DNA from: Candidatus Omnitrophota bacterium | Lineage (GTDB): Bacteria; Omnitrophota; Gorgyraeia; Zapsychrales; Fredricksoniimonadaceae | NCBI GenBank assembly: GCA_015233335.1 | Contig: JADFXX010000002.1 | Span: 128,891-192,890, forward strand | DNA: 64,000 nt | Direction: 5' to 3' | In this document: positions 1-9,830 of the stretch, piece after piece | Position numbering within the stretch: the stretch's first letter is position 1 | Layout of the letters: each line of letters begins with the position of its first letter | Translations under genes and position numbers: made by a program | The notes under the pieces: model-generated | Database searches by the model: none | Seen by the model: the letters and a program-made list of their open reading frames with translations, nothing else | What the model was told of the DNA's origin: nothing

Positions 1-715
1 TCATGCCTCCGGCAATGACTTCGCTTTTGATCAGCTCATCAACTTCAGCCAAAGTTAACGTTGAAAACAAAGTGCTGATATCTTTTAAATCACGCATGAC
101 ACCGGGCACATCAGTCAAGAGAACCAATTTCTCTGCCTTCATGGAATTGGCAATGGCACTGGCCACCTCATCGGCATTGACATTATGCGGCTGCTTTTCC
201 ATTGTCATCCCCATCGGAGAAACCACCGTAATCTGTCCCTGTGCTAAATGCGCCTCCAAATGTTCCCGATTAACTGACGTGATCGTGCCTACAAACCCCA
301 AATCCCTATCGGCCTTTTTCTTTTTTACAAAAATAATATTCTCCTGCCCCCGAAGACCGGTAACATCTCCTTTAAACATTTTTATTTCCTGTACGATCTG
401 ATTATTTAATTTTTCTAACTCTTCCCCAACTATTCCCAGCGTTTCTTTGTCTGTCACCCGAATCCCATCAACAAACTCATTCTTCAGCCCCTTTTCCTTC
501 ATTCGCGCCGAAATATGCGGACCGCCGCCATGGACAATGATGACACGTATTCCGACAAAACTTAAAAACACAATGTCCTGCAAAACATTATGCCGGATCT
601 TAGGATCATCTAAAATACTGCCTCCGTATTTAATTACAAAAATCTTGCGGCGAAAAGCATGAATGTAAGGAATAGCCTCGATCAAAATAGACGCTTTTTT
701 AACGATTTGTTCCAT
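1..715 (-). CDS. argB: Acetylglutamate kinase, 3' end truncated by the window edge
   Basis: Not in the ORF track because no stop lies in the window. Reverse translation from ATG (713-715) gives MEQIVKKASILIEAIPYIHAFRRKIFVIKYGGS...VIIVHGGGP, the typical ArgB N-terminus and glycine motifs. The ATG overlaps the argJ stop (TAATG). Synteny argC-argJ-argB. Confidence 0.85.
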   Translation of the reverse strand, partial: MEQIVKKASILIEAIPYIHAFRRKIFVIKYGGSILDDPKIRHNVLQDIVFLSFVGIRVIIVHGGGPHISARMKEKGLKNEFVDGIRVTDKETLGIVGEELEKLNNQIVQEIKMFKGDVTGLRGQENIIFVKKKKADRDLGFVGTITSVNREHLEAHLAQGQITVVSPMGMTMEKQPHNVNADEVASAIANSMKAEKLVLLTDVPGVMRDLKDISTLFSTLTLAEVDELIKSEVIAGGM

Positions 716-1857
716 TAATTGTACTCCCCGTTAATGCGCACATATTCATAAGAAAAATCACAGGTATAGACCGTGGCATGAGCTGAACCCAGATTCAATC
801 GAACCTTAATGGCTATCTCTTTTTTATCAAACGGAGAAAAAGTGATCTTCATATTATGCTCATTAATCTGACCATACCCCAAAGAACCCACCGCCGCACC
901 AACCCTCCCCCAATTAGGATTACTGCCAAAAGCTGCGGTCTTAACAAGGGCAGAATTTGCGATTGCTTTGGCAATCTGCTTGGCCTGAGCTTCATTACGG
1001 GCTCCTTTAACATCAATCGTCAAAAACTTGGTAGCGCCTTCGCCGTCATGGACGATCTTTTTCGCTAAATCAATGCAGGCCCATTCCAGAGCCTGGACAA
1101 ATTTCTTAAAATCCTGATCCTTACGCGATATCGTTTTATTATGCGCCTCTCCATTAGCCTGAATGGTCACCATATCATTAGTGCTCATGCATCCGTCAAC
1201 CGTGATACTATTAAATGACCGGTCCACCGCCTCTTTTAAAGCAAGCTTTAACATCCTCAAGGAAATGGCCGCATCGGTGGTGACAAAGCCAAGCATGGTC
1301 GCCATATTAGGCTCTATCATCCCGGATCCTTTGGCACAGGCCCCGATAGTCACTTTTTGACCTGCTATCACTACCTCAACCGCCATTTCTTTAAGTTTGA
1401 GATCCGTTGTCATAATAGCCCGGGCGAATTTGCGGCCGCTCTTAGGACTTAACCCCTTGATCAGGGCGGGGAGACCATCAACAATTTTATTAAAGGGCAG
1501 CTGTTTGCCGATAATACCTGTTGATGTCACTAAAACTTCTGAAGGATCTATCCCAAGAAGCTGGGCGGCAAGCTCAGTCGATTTATAAGCATATTGCAAA
1601 CCCAATCGACCGGTATAACAGTTGGCATTCCCTGAATTGACCAAGACAGCACGTCCGAGACCGCTTTTAATATGTTTCATGCTCACAACCAAGGGTGCCG
1701 CTTTGATCGAATTCTTGGTAAACACCGCAGCCGTATTCGCCTTAACTTCTGAAAGTATTAACCCCAAATCCGGCTTCCCGGAACGTTTAATACCCGCTGA
1801 AATACCATTAGCCAAAAAGCCTTTAGGTGCTGTTATGCCCCCTTGGATTATTTTCAT
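715..1857 (-). CDS. argJ: Bifunctional ornithine acetyltransferase / N-acetylglutamate synthase
   Basis: 380 aa. Contains the ArgJ self-cleavage region (PNMATMLGFVTTDA). Lies between argC and argB with ATGA-type overlaps. Confidence 0.9.
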   Translation of the reverse strand: MKIIQGGITAPKGFLANGISAGIKRSGKPDLGLILSEVKANTAAVFTKNSIKAAPLVVSMKHIKSGLGRAVLVNSGNANCYTGRLGLQYAYKSTELAAQLLGIDPSEVLVTSTGIIGKQLPFNKIVDGLPALIKGLSPKSGRKFARAIMTTDLKLKEMAVEVVIAGQKVTIGACAKGSGMIEPNMATMLGFVTTDAAISLRMLKLALKEAVDRSFNSITVDGCMSTNDMVTIQANGEAHNKTISRKDQDFKKFVQALEWACIDLAKKIVHDGEGATKFLTIDVKGARNEAQAKQIAKAIANSALVKTAAFGSNPNWGRVGAAVGSLGYGQINEHNMKITFSPFDKKEIAIKVRLNLGSAHATVYTCDFSYEYVRINGEYN

Positions 1858-2903
1858 AACAGCCCCTCGATCTCATTAAAACCATACATGATATTCATAT
1901 TCTGCACAGCCTGCCCAGCTGCCCCTTTAATTAAATTATCAATTGTTGATGTGATAACCACCATTCTCTTATCCCGGCTTAAAGCTAAACCTAAATCACA
2001 AAAATTAGTATTAGTAACATTTTTAATCTCCGGCTGTTCACCGGCCGGATGCAAGCGTACAAACGGTTCAATCTTATAAAACTTCTTATATAATGCATGC
2101 AATTGATTTAAAGTGGTGCTTTCCTTAAGTTGCACGTACATGGTATTGAGAATCCCCCTTGTGATAGGCAGCAAATGGGCCACAAAATGTATGGGTATAG
2201 ATCGACCTGCCAACCCATATAAATACTGTTCAATTTCAGGAGCATGCTGATGACTTAAAACTTTATAAGCTTTAAAATTTTCATTTACTTCACAAAAATG
2301 TAAAGCTACAGAAGCCTTGCGCCCAGCCCCTGAAACCCCTGATTTAGCATCTATCACGATCGACAAAATATCCTTATGGGTACAGGCTAAAGGCGCCAAA
2401 CCTAAAATAGCCGCCGTTGGATAACAGCCGGGATTGGCAATAAACTCGGCATTCTTAATTTTCTGACGAAACAGCTCCGGCAGCCCATAGATAGCTTTGC
2501 TCAAATTCTTCTTATCTGAATGTTTATGCCCATACCAGGTTTCATAAACCTTGCTCTTTTTAAAACGATAATCCGCACTGAGGTCTATCACCCTGAGCCC
2601 GGCCTTTAATAATTTTCCGGCAACTTTCATGGATTCCGTATGCGGCAGAGCTAAAAACACGATATCGCATTTTTGAACCGCTTCCTCAATATCAAGCTTA
2701 TGACAAACGAGGGTCGTACGGTTTATGAATTCCGGAAAAATAGAAGCTACCGGCCCTTGAGTATTATTAGCTGCCACATAGGTCAGGCGTACTCCGGGAT
2801 GCCCTAAGAGCAAAGCTAAGGCTTGCTGTCCGGTATAGCCACTTACACCGAGAACGCCGGCACGTATGGTTTTCAACGGGTATTCATGATATTTGTTATT
2901 CAT
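1854..2903 (-). CDS. argC: N-acetyl-gamma-glutamyl-phosphate reductase
   Basis: 349 aa. N-terminal GVSGYTG NAD(P) motif and the active-site region IANPGCYPTA. Confidence 0.9.
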   Translation of the reverse strand: MNNKYHEYPLKTIRAGVLGVSGYTGQQALALLLGHPGVRLTYVAANNTQGPVASIFPEFINRTTLVCHKLDIEEAVQKCDIVFLALPHTESMKVAGKLLKAGLRVIDLSADYRFKKSKVYETWYGHKHSDKKNLSKAIYGLPELFRQKIKNAEFIANPGCYPTAAILGLAPLACTHKDILSIVIDAKSGVSGAGRKASVALHFCEVNENFKAYKVLSHQHAPEIEQYLYGLAGRSIPIHFVAHLLPITRGILNTMYVQLKESTTLNQLHALYKKFYKIEPFVRLHPAGEQPEIKNVTNTNFCDLGLALSRDKRMVVITSTIDNLIKGAAGQAVQNMNIMYGFNEIEGLL

Positions 2904-2950
2904 ATATTCTTTCCGTCGGCAAAAGCCCCTTCAATGAATTGTTTTATAAT

Positions 2951-2997
2951 AAATAAAAAAGCCCATCTCGTCAACGTATTTCGAAGGGAGATGGGCT
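2951..2997 (-). terminator. Rho-independent terminator after rpsI
   Basis: 10-bp GC-rich stem agcccatctc / gagatgggct (about 2960-2969 and 2988-2997). On the minus strand it is followed by a T-run (complement of aaataaaaaa). It lies between the rpsI stop and the argC start. Confidence 0.7.
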
Positions 2998-3023
2998 ATT
3001 TTATTTTTATATTTTAATAGGGG

Positions 3024-3419
3024 TTAACGTTTAACCCACTGGAATTTACGGCGCGCTCCCTTTTGACCAGGTTTTTTTCTTTCTTTCATTCTGTCATCAC
3101 GAGTCAAACAGCTGGCTTTTTTCAAAATCCCGCGGGTCAAAGGATCACAGGAAATAATAGCACGGGACAACCCCAATTTAAAAGCACCCGCCTGTCCTGT
3201 GGAACCCCCTCCGGTGACACGCACAGCGATATCAAATTTATTTTCCAAATTAACCAGCTTTAAAGGCTGCATGATCGAAATACGATCCGTTTCACGAGGA
3301 AAATAATTTAAGAATTCACGTTTATTAACCAAAATTTTACCGGCCCCGGGAGTTAATACAACACGGGCCACTGAGCTTTTACGACGACCTGTCCCTGCAT
3401 ATTTAACGACTTCAACCAT
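3024..3419 (-). CDS. rpsI: 30S ribosomal protein S9
   Basis: 131 aa. C-terminal KKPGQKGARRKFQWVKR and GGGSTGQAGA motifs. Follows rplM. Confidence 0.95.
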   Translation of the reverse strand: MVEVVKYAGTGRRKSSVARVVLTPGAGKILVNKREFLNYFPRETDRISIMQPLKLVNLENKFDIAVRVTGGGSTGQAGAFKLGLSRAIISCDPLTRGILKKASCLTRDDRMKERKKPGQKGARRKFQWVKR

Positions 3420-3440
3420 AAAATAATCTCACCTTTACGA

Positions 3441-3875
3441 TTAAACTTCTAGAACAATTGGTTTTTGTGCTGCATGCGGATGAACTTCACCCGCGTAAAC
3501 TTTTAACTTACTTGTCTGTTTATACGCTAACGGACCTCTTGGGAACATACGCGATACCGCCAACTCCAGGACTTTCACCGGTCGTTTGGCTAACATATTT
3601 TCTAATGTCATTTCCCTGAATCCGCTGGGATAACCGGTATAACGGCTATACACCTTATCTGTTAATTTCTTACCGGTCACCTTGACTTTATCAGCATTGA
3701 TAATGATCACAGTGTCTCCGGTATCCAGAAAAGGCGTATAAATACGTTTGTGCTTACCGCGCAAGACAGAAGCGGCACGAGCTGCGACCTTGCCCAAGAT
3801 TTTATCTTTGGCATCGATCACATAGCACTTATGTTCAATTTCATCAACTTTTGGTAAATACGTTTTCATAGACAC
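3441..3875 (-). CDS. rplM: 50S ribosomal protein L13
   Basis: 144 aa. KCYVIDAKDKILGKVAARAASVLRGKHK is the typical L13 N-terminus. rplM-rpsI pair. Confidence 0.95.
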   Translation of the reverse strand: MSMKTYLPKVDEIEHKCYVIDAKDKILGKVAARAASVLRGKHKRIYTPFLDTGDTVIIINADKVKVTGKKLTDKVYSRYTGYPSGFREMTLENMLAKRPVKVLELAVSRMFPRGPLAYKQTSKLKVYAGEVHPHAAQKPIVLEV

Positions 3876-3906
3876 AACCTTAGATAATGTTTCTGCAAGA
3901 TTCTAA

Positions 3907-3934
3907 AATATACCACTTTTTCGCCGAATGTCAA
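3907..3934 (-). promoter_or_regulatory. Sigma70-like promoter for rplM-rpsI
   Basis: On the minus strand: TTGACA, then a 16-nt spacer, then TGgTATATT (extended -10). It sits about 30 nt upstream of the rplM ATG. Hand-counted coordinates. Confidence 0.5.
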
Positions 3935-3965
3935 ATTTATTTAATGTTTAATATTTTACTTAAAG

Positions 3966-3987
3966 ATTGTAACTCAAAGTAGGACAA
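3966..3987. repeat. Left terminal inverted repeat of the IS
   Basis: attgtaactcaaagtaggacaa matches the reverse complement of 5152-5173 (attgtaattcaaagtcggacaa) at 20 of 22 positions. Confidence 0.75.
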
Positions 3988-4066
3988 AATAAGGAAAAAA
4001 GCTCCATAGATCAAAAACACCTGTTAATTTGTAAGTTTGCGAACAAAACAAAAGACAGGAGATCAT

Positions 4067-5149
4067 ATGGAGCAAAAGAATTGTAACATTAAGAAACGTA
4101 AATACACGCATTTAAAAGAATGGGAACGTTACAAAATAGAGGCCCTGTGGGCAGGCAAAAAGAAGCCTGATGAAATTGCCCTGATACTCAAGCGTTCCAG
4201 GTCAACAATCTATGCGGAAATAACCCGTGGCATAAGGATGCATATCGATCAACATTTAGCTTACAAGAAAGTCTACCGGGCGAATGTAGGACAGAAAGAC
4301 TACCTAGACAAAGGCAAGAACAAACAGCGAGGTTTAAAAATAGGCAAAGACACAAAACTTGAGGCCTATATTCGAGAAAAGATTCTTAAATATCGCTACT
4401 CCCCTGATGCGATTATTGGAGAGATAAAAATGAAAGGATTAAAATTTGAAGGAATGATCAGTACTAAAACTTTATACAACTACATCGAGGCCGGAATATT
4501 TGCAGGGATTAGCAATGAAAGCCTCTGGGAGAAACGCAAGCGCAAGAAACGAAGCTATCAGCCTGTCCGTCGTATCAGCCTTAATAATCGCACAGGCAAA
4601 AGCATTGAGCAAAGGCCATTACACGTTAATGATCGCAGTCAATACGGGCATTGGGAAGGCGATTGCATCAGAGGCCCTCAAGGACTAACTACAAGCCTCT
4701 TTACATTGACTGAAAGAAAAAGCTTAGAACAAATTATTATTAAGATCGAGCGTGGTTCTCAGCAAGAGATCAAAGACGCTTTAGACCAACTGGAAGTTAG
4801 GTATGGCTCTGAATTTAAATTGAAATTTAAATCGATCACCTTTGATAACGGTGTTGAGTTCTTGGATTGGCGTTCCTTGGAGTTAAGTTCTCTTAACCCA
4901 AAAAATAAAAGAACCACATTGTATTTTGCTCATGCTTATAGCGCTTGGGAAAGAGGTTCAAACGAGAATCAAAACAAGATAATTAGACGGTTTATTCCAA
5001 AAGGAACAGATATTCATCAAGTCAGCGACAAAGAAATTAAAACCATTGAATCTTGGATGAATAATTATCCTAGAAAACGATTGGGATATAAAACAGCAAA
5101 CCAAGTAGCTCAGGAAAACTTACAAATTAACAGAATTAAGGGGCTTTAA
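4067..5149 (+). CDS. IS30-family DDE transposase
   Basis: The track ORF starts at TTG 4037. The ATG at 4067 is preceded by AGGAG. N-terminal HTH region (KEWERYKIE...RSRSTIYAEI). Catalytic region HWEGD...FDNGVEF...AWERGSNEN is typical of IS30 transposases. Confidence 0.85.
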   Translation: MEQKNCNIKKRKYTHLKEWERYKIEALWAGKKKPDEIALILKRSRSTIYAEITRGIRMHIDQHLAYKKVYRANVGQKDYLDKGKNKQRGLKIGKDTKLEAYIREKILKYRYSPDAIIGEIKMKGLKFEGMISTKTLYNYIEAGIFAGISNESLWEKRKRKKRSYQPVRRISLNNRTGKSIEQRPLHVNDRSQYGHWEGDCIRGPQGLTTSLFTLTERKSLEQIIIKIERGSQQEIKDALDQLEVRYGSEFKLKFKSITFDNGVEFLDWRSLELSSLNPKNKRTTLYFAHAYSAWERGSNENQNKIIRRFIPKGTDIHQVSDKEIKTIESWMNNYPRKRLGYKTANQVAQENLQINRIKGL

Positions 5150-5151
5150 AA

Positions 5152-5173
5152 TTGTCCGACTTTGAATTACAAT
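5152..5173. repeat. Right terminal inverted repeat of the IS
   Basis: Reverse complement matches 3966-3987. It ends about 7 nt from the truA stop codon. Confidence 0.75.
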
Positions 5174-5180
5174 TCACCGT

Positions 5181-5924
5181 TTAATATTTTACTGACATAA
5201 GACCCAAACCTTCGGCGGGAGCGGTATCCCAAGCTTCTTTACGGTTGCGAGCCTTTAAAATTTTAGATAGACAGCCCAGCGGCAGTTGGCCTGACCCTAT
5301 GGCCAAAAGCGTTCCGGCGATATTGCGCACCATCTTATAAAGAAAACCGTCAGCCGTAACGTCTATATATATTAGATCCCCTACTTTCCTAATAACGATC
5401 TTTTTAATCGTACGCACGGTCTGGCGTTCGCGACGCAGAGGGTCATACGCCTGAAAAGATTTAAAGTCGTGCTTTCCAATCAAATCTCGTGATGCTCGGC
5501 GCATACAAGAAATGTTCAAGGGATAAGGATAAAAATAAACCCGGTCCCTTAAAAAAACCGATCGGTATTTCCGATTTAAGACTGTATAGCGATAAGTTTT
5601 TTCTTTGACACTGTACTGAGCATGAAAATCACTTTTTACTTCTTTGACTTCAAGCACAACAATGTCCGACGGTAAAAGGCTGTTAAGAGCTTTTTGAATT
5701 TCCAAAGGTTTCATGCGAGTCTCGGCCTTAAAAGACACCACCTGACCATGGGCATGAACACCGCTATCAGTCCGGCCTGAAGCGATCGCATGGGCCGGCT
5801 GTTTAAAAACCTTTGAAAAAACAGCTTCCAGCTCTCCTTGAACCGTACGCTCACCCTGAGCCTGAGCCTGCCATCCGCAAAACCCACTGCCGTCGTATTC
5901 AATAGTAATCTTAAAATTACGCAT
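5181..5924 (-). CDS. truA: tRNA pseudouridine(38-40) synthase
   Basis: 247 aa. IEYDGSGFCGWQ...ASGRTDSGVHA contains the TruA catalytic Asp motif. Confidence 0.9.
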   Translation of the reverse strand: MRNFKITIEYDGSGFCGWQAQAQGERTVQGELEAVFSKVFKQPAHAIASGRTDSGVHAHGQVVSFKAETRMKPLEIQKALNSLLPSDIVVLEVKEVKSDFHAQYSVKEKTYRYTVLNRKYRSVFLRDRVYFYPYPLNISCMRRASRDLIGKHDFKSFQAYDPLRRERQTVRTIKKIVIRKVGDLIYIDVTADGFLYKMVRNIAGTLLAIGSGQLPLGCLSKILKARNRKEAWDTAPAEGLGLMSVKY

Positions 5925-5942
5925 ATAAATAAAATTATTTAT

Positions 5943-6156
5943 GTTCTAATGCGCTAAAGATGAACAGCTATAAATACTATGTATTCGGCAGGGAATATTT
6001 TTGCCGTCTGCTTCGGTTTACAATAAAAATGTTCTATAGATTCTCTTCATTTGGAACATTTTTATTGTAAAGCCTCGCAGACATTTGGCAAAAAATTCCC
6101 TATTGTACCGAATACATAGTATTTATAGCTGTCCATCACGCCCAGCGAGTTAGAAC
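5943..6156. repeat. 214-bp imperfect palindrome (foldback or MITE-like element, or a large RNA hairpin)
   Basis: Termini are gttctaa...ttagaac. Perfect 24-bp pairing 5965-5988 with 6108-6131. Perfect 18-bp pairing 6017-6034 with 6054-6071 around a 19-nt loop. Further 6-8 bp blocks lie between. It fills nearly the whole truA-asd gap. Confidence 0.8.
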
Positions 6157-6160
6157 AAAC

Positions 6161-7144
6161 TTATCTGCTTTTGATCAAAATTTCTGCGATTTGAACGGCG
6201 TTGAGCGCGGCACCTTTGCGCAGATTGTCTGAGACCACCCAGAGATTTAACCCATTGGGAATGGAAATATCTTCACGGATACGACCGACAAAGGTCTCAT
6301 CACGGCCATCGGCCAAAATTGGCAGCGGATAGACAGAAGACTTAACATCATCAACGACCTTGACCCCGGGAGCCTTACTTAAAATCCTGATCGCCTGAGC
6401 GCGAGTGATTTTTTTCTTGGTCTCAATATTGATAGACTCAGAATGGCTGTTTTTAACCGGCACCCGGACACAGGTCGGACACACCTGTATCTTTTGATCA
6501 TGGAACATTTTGCGGGTCTCATTGACCATCTTCATTTCTTCTTTAGTATAAAAATTATCCACAAACACATCGATCTGAGGAATCAGATTATGGGCAATCG
6601 GATGCGGAAACTTTTTAACCGTCTTTTTACCCTTCAGCTGATCTTCCAGTTCAGACACAGCCTCAGCACCAGCCCCAGAAACAGCTTGATAAGTAGAAAC
6701 CACAATGCGCTTGATCCGACCGAAGTCATGCAAAGGCTTTAAAGCCACCAGCATTTGTATAGTCGAACAATTGGGGTTGGCAATAATGCCCTTATGTTTT
6801 TTAATGTCTTCAGGGTTGACTTCCGGAACAACCAACGGCACGTTAGGATCCATACGGAATTGTGAAGTATTATCGATCACAACTGCCCCCGCCTTGGCCG
6901 CGATCGGCGCCCATTTTTTAGAAATTTCAGCACCCGGAGAAGATAAGACAATATCCACCCCATTAAATACATCCCGGGTTAAAGGCACATAGTTATGCCC
7001 ATCCAGTTGGCCACCCGCACCGCTGGGTGAAATTAACACCAATTTGTTGATAGGAAATTTGCGCTCTTTGACAATGCGGTACATGCACTGACCAACCGCG
7101 CCCCGAATGCCTAAAATGGCAACATTGTATTTCTTCATACTCAT
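6161..7144 (-). CDS. asd: Aspartate-semialdehyde dehydrogenase
   Basis: 327 aa. N-terminal GIRGAVG NADP motif and the active-site region ANPNCSTIQM. Confidence 0.9.
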   Translation of the reverse strand: MSMKKYNVAILGIRGAVGQCMYRIVKERKFPINKLVLISPSGAGGQLDGHNYVPLTRDVFNGVDIVLSSPGAEISKKWAPIAAKAGAVVIDNTSQFRMDPNVPLVVPEVNPEDIKKHKGIIANPNCSTIQMLVALKPLHDFGRIKRIVVSTYQAVSGAGAEAVSELEDQLKGKKTVKKFPHPIAHNLIPQIDVFVDNFYTKEEMKMVNETRKMFHDQKIQVCPTCVRVPVKNSHSESINIETKKKITRAQAIRILSKAPGVKVVDDVKSSVYPLPILADGRDETFVGRIREDISIPNGLNLWVVSDNLRKGAALNAVQIAEILIKSR

Positions 7145-7162
7145 ATTCCGTTTTTTAAAAAG

Positions 7163-8227
7163 TTAATTTTTTAAGAGATTATTTACAACCAAATCCCCTA
7201 CTTCGGTAGTTGAATATCCCATTTTCCCGGCAGCTAAATCTTTGATCTTTGTTACCACCACATGTTTAACCGCATCCTCAATAGAAGATGCCGCCTTATC
7301 TTCCCCAATCTGCCTTAAAAGCATAGCACCGGCACAAATCGCAGCCAGAGGATTGATGATATTCTTGCCCGTATATTTGGGTGCGGAGCCACCGATCGGT
7401 TCAAACATAGAAACGCCGTGAGGGTTGATGTTGCCTCCCGCAGCAATTCCCATACCACCTTGGATCATGGCCCCTAGATCAGTGATGATATCCCCAAACA
7501 TATTATCGGTCACAATCACATCAAACCATTCCGGATTCTTCACAAACCACATCGTGGTTGCATCCACATGAGTATATTCTGTTTTTATATCGGGATATTC
7601 CTTCGCAACCTCATAAAATGTGCGTTCCCAAAGATCAAAAGCAAACGTCAAAACATTAGTCTTACCGCAAAGGGTCAGCTTTTTCTTTTTCCCATGCCCA
7701 CGGGTATATTCAAAAGCATAACGAACACAACGTTCGATCCCGCGTCTAGTATTGTGAGAAATCTGGATCGCAACCTCATCCGCTGTCCCTTTATTTTGAA
7801 ATTCGCCAAGCCCCTTGTAGAGACCTTCGGAATTTTCGCGAACAACGACAAAATCAATGTCCTGCGGCTTTTTGTCCTTCAAAGGGCAAAAACGTTCATC
7901 AAATAGCGTAACCGGCCGCAAATTAATATATTGATCCAGATCAAAACGTAAGCGTAATAATATCCCCTTTTCCAATATCCCGGGCTTCACATCAGGATGA
8001 CCGATAGCACCCAGATAGATGGCATCAAATTTTTTCAATTCCGAAATCGCAGAATCCGGCAAAACCTCTTGAGTCCGTAAATATCTTTCTCCGCCAAAAT
8101 CATAGGTATTCGCTTCATATTTAAAACCATACTTTGACGAGGCCGCCTCCATGACTTTAAGACCTTCCCTGATCACTTCAGGCCCTGTTCCGTCACCAGG
8201 AATAATGGCAAGATTGTATGTTTTCAT
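7163..8227 (-). CDS. leuB: Isopropylmalate / tartrate (D-malate) dehydrogenase family enzyme
   Basis: 354 aa. Motifs [55 protein letters not shown]. Adjacency to asd is typical of leuB. From memory the sequence looks closer to DmlA/TtuC-type members, so substrate is uncertain. Confidence 0.6.
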   Translation of the reverse strand: MKTYNLAIIPGDGTGPEVIREGLKVMEAASSKYGFKYEANTYDFGGERYLRTQEVLPDSAISELKKFDAIYLGAIGHPDVKPGILEKGILLRLRFDLDQYINLRPVTLFDERFCPLKDKKPQDIDFVVVRENSEGLYKGLGEFQNKGTADEVAIQISHNTRRGIERCVRYAFEYTRGHGKKKKLTLCGKTNVLTFAFDLWERTFYEVAKEYPDIKTEYTHVDATTMWFVKNPEWFDVIVTDNMFGDIITDLGAMIQGGMGIAAGGNINPHGVSMFEPIGGSAPKYTGKNIINPLAAICAGAMLLRQIGEDKAASSIEDAVKHVVVTKIKDLAAGKMGYSTTEVGDLVVNNLLKN

Positions 8228-9468
8228 TCTTTATACCTCTTAACAACTAAAGTGGCATTATGTCCGCCAAATCCAAGCGAATTAGATAGTGCTACATCCA
8301 CCTGCACCTTGCGGGCAGCATTGGGAACATAGTCCAGATCACAATCAGGGTCCGGAGTTTCATAATTAATCGTAGGGTGCACGATGTTATCCCGAATAGA
8401 CAACACACATGCGACTAGCTCAATGCCACCCGCCGCGCCAAGCAAATGGCCTGTCATAGATTTAGTCGATGAAACGGGAATCTTCTTTGCATGCTCACCA
8501 AATATTTTCTTAATCGCTAATGTCTCAATTTGGTCATTGAGTTTAGTTGAGGTGCCGTGCGCATTAATATAGCTGATATCTGTGATCTTTAAGCCAGCAT
8601 CTCGGATCGCCATATCCATAGACTTGATCGCTCCCAAACCCTCCGAATGAGGCGCTGTAATGTGATAGGCATCCGAAGTCCGGCCATAACCGGCTAGTTC
8701 CCCCAAAATTTTGGCTCCACGGCTACGGGCAAACTCGAGACTTTCTAAAATCACAATCCCAGCTCCTTCACCCATCACGAATCCATCACGGTTTAGATCA
8801 AAGGGCCGGCTGGCTTTGTGAGGAACATCATTTCTTTTGCTTAAAGCCTTCAAAGCACAGAATCCTCCTAATCCAAGCTTGGAGGTGGCACTTTCAGCCC
8901 CCCCGGCAATTACCACATCAGCCTCACCGTGTTGTATCATCCTCATCCCTTCACCGATACAATTATTCGCCGTTGCACAGGCTGTCGCAATAGCAAAACA
9001 AGGACCGGTAGCCCCTGTATTGATAGACACCTGGCCCGCAGCCTCATTAATGATCATTCGGGTAATAAAAAACGGAGAAATACGCCCCGGCCCCTTCTCT
9101 ATATATTTGTCATATTCTTCTTCAGCAGAAAAAATACTGCCAATACCTGATCCTATGATCACCGCGGCACGAGAAGTATCCATCTGACGGATGTCTAATT
9201 GGGCCTGGGCAAGAGCTTCATTGGCCGCCACTACGCCAAACTGTATAAAACGTGATATGTTACGCGCATCTTTGGAATTAAAGTGCTGCAAGGGATCATA
9301 ATCTATGACATCACCGTTGATACGCGAATCAAAAGCCGCTGGATCAAAATGACTGACAGGACGAATGCCGCTCTGGCCTTTGAGCAAAGCCTGCCAAAAC
9401 TTTTCAACCCCGCATCCAACCGGTGAAAGGACTCCCATACCGGTTATAACAACCCGTTTTGTATGCAT
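8224..9468 (-). CDS. fabF: Beta-ketoacyl-ACP synthase II
   Basis: 414 aa. Active-site ATACATANN, plus NAHGTST and GFGGHN motifs. Follows acpP. Confidence 0.92.
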   Translation of the reverse strand: MHTKRVVITGMGVLSPVGCGVEKFWQALLKGQSGIRPVSHFDPAAFDSRINGDVIDYDPLQHFNSKDARNISRFIQFGVVAANEALAQAQLDIRQMDTSRAAVIIGSGIGSIFSAEEEYDKYIEKGPGRISPFFITRMIINEAAGQVSINTGATGPCFAIATACATANNCIGEGMRMIQHGEADVVIAGGAESATSKLGLGGFCALKALSKRNDVPHKASRPFDLNRDGFVMGEGAGIVILESLEFARSRGAKILGELAGYGRTSDAYHITAPHSEGLGAIKSMDMAIRDAGLKITDISYINAHGTSTKLNDQIETLAIKKIFGEHAKKIPVSSTKSMTGHLLGAAGGIELVACVLSIRDNIVHPTINYETPDPDCDLDYVPNAARKVQVDVALSNSLGFGGHNATLVVKRYKE

Positions 9469-9493
9469 TGGTTAAACACCCCTTATTAAAGAT

Positions 9494-9574
9494 TTGCCCC
9501 TGCATTTTGCTGTGTTAAAACAGCTGCAGGGGCAAGGCAAAAAATTAAAAACGCTTAAAAATAAAACTAAGCGT
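9494..9574 (-). terminator. Two hairpins between acpP and fabF, a possible partial terminator or attenuator
   Basis: Stem acgctta/taagcgt overlaps the acpP stop and on the minus strand is followed by a U-rich run. An 11-bp GC-rich stem follows: ttgcccctgca/tgcaggggcaa (9494-9504 and 9525-9535). Confidence 0.4.
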
Positions 9575-9803
9575 TAGATTTCTCTTCGATGTATTTGATG
9601 GCGTCGCCGACCGTTTTCATTTTTTCAGCGTCTTCATCAGGAATTTCAACATTAAATTCCTCTTCCAAAGCCATGATAAGCTCAACGGTGTCCAAAGAAT
9701 CCGCACCTAAATCATCCACAAAAGAGGCATTTGGCGTCACTTCTTCGGGTTTGACTCCCAATTGTTCCGCGATAATTGTCTTGATTTTGCTTTCTACTGC
9801 CAT
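9567..9803 (-). CDS. acpP: Acyl carrier protein
   Basis: 78 aa. Contains the DLGADSLD phosphopantetheine attachment motif. Confidence 0.95.
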   Translation of the reverse strand: MAVESKIKTIIAEQLGVKPEEVTPNASFVDDLGADSLDTVELIMALEEEFNVEIPDEDAEKMKTVGDAIKYIEEKSNA

Positions 9804-9830
9804 GTGTTCCTCCTTGATTTGTCTTAACTA

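Larger units (their letters stand above)
3966..5173 (+). mobile_element. IS30-family insertion sequence, about 1.2 kb, apparently intact
   Basis: A single transposase ORF is flanked by 22-nt imperfect terminal inverted repeats (20/22 identical). Inserted between the rplM promoter and the truA stop codon. Confidence 0.8.

Noticed and set aside
3960-5180. Target-site duplication flanking the IS30-family element.
   Set aside because: The bases flanking the best IR alignment (aag / tca) do not match. Shifting the ends by 1-3 nt does not give a duplication.
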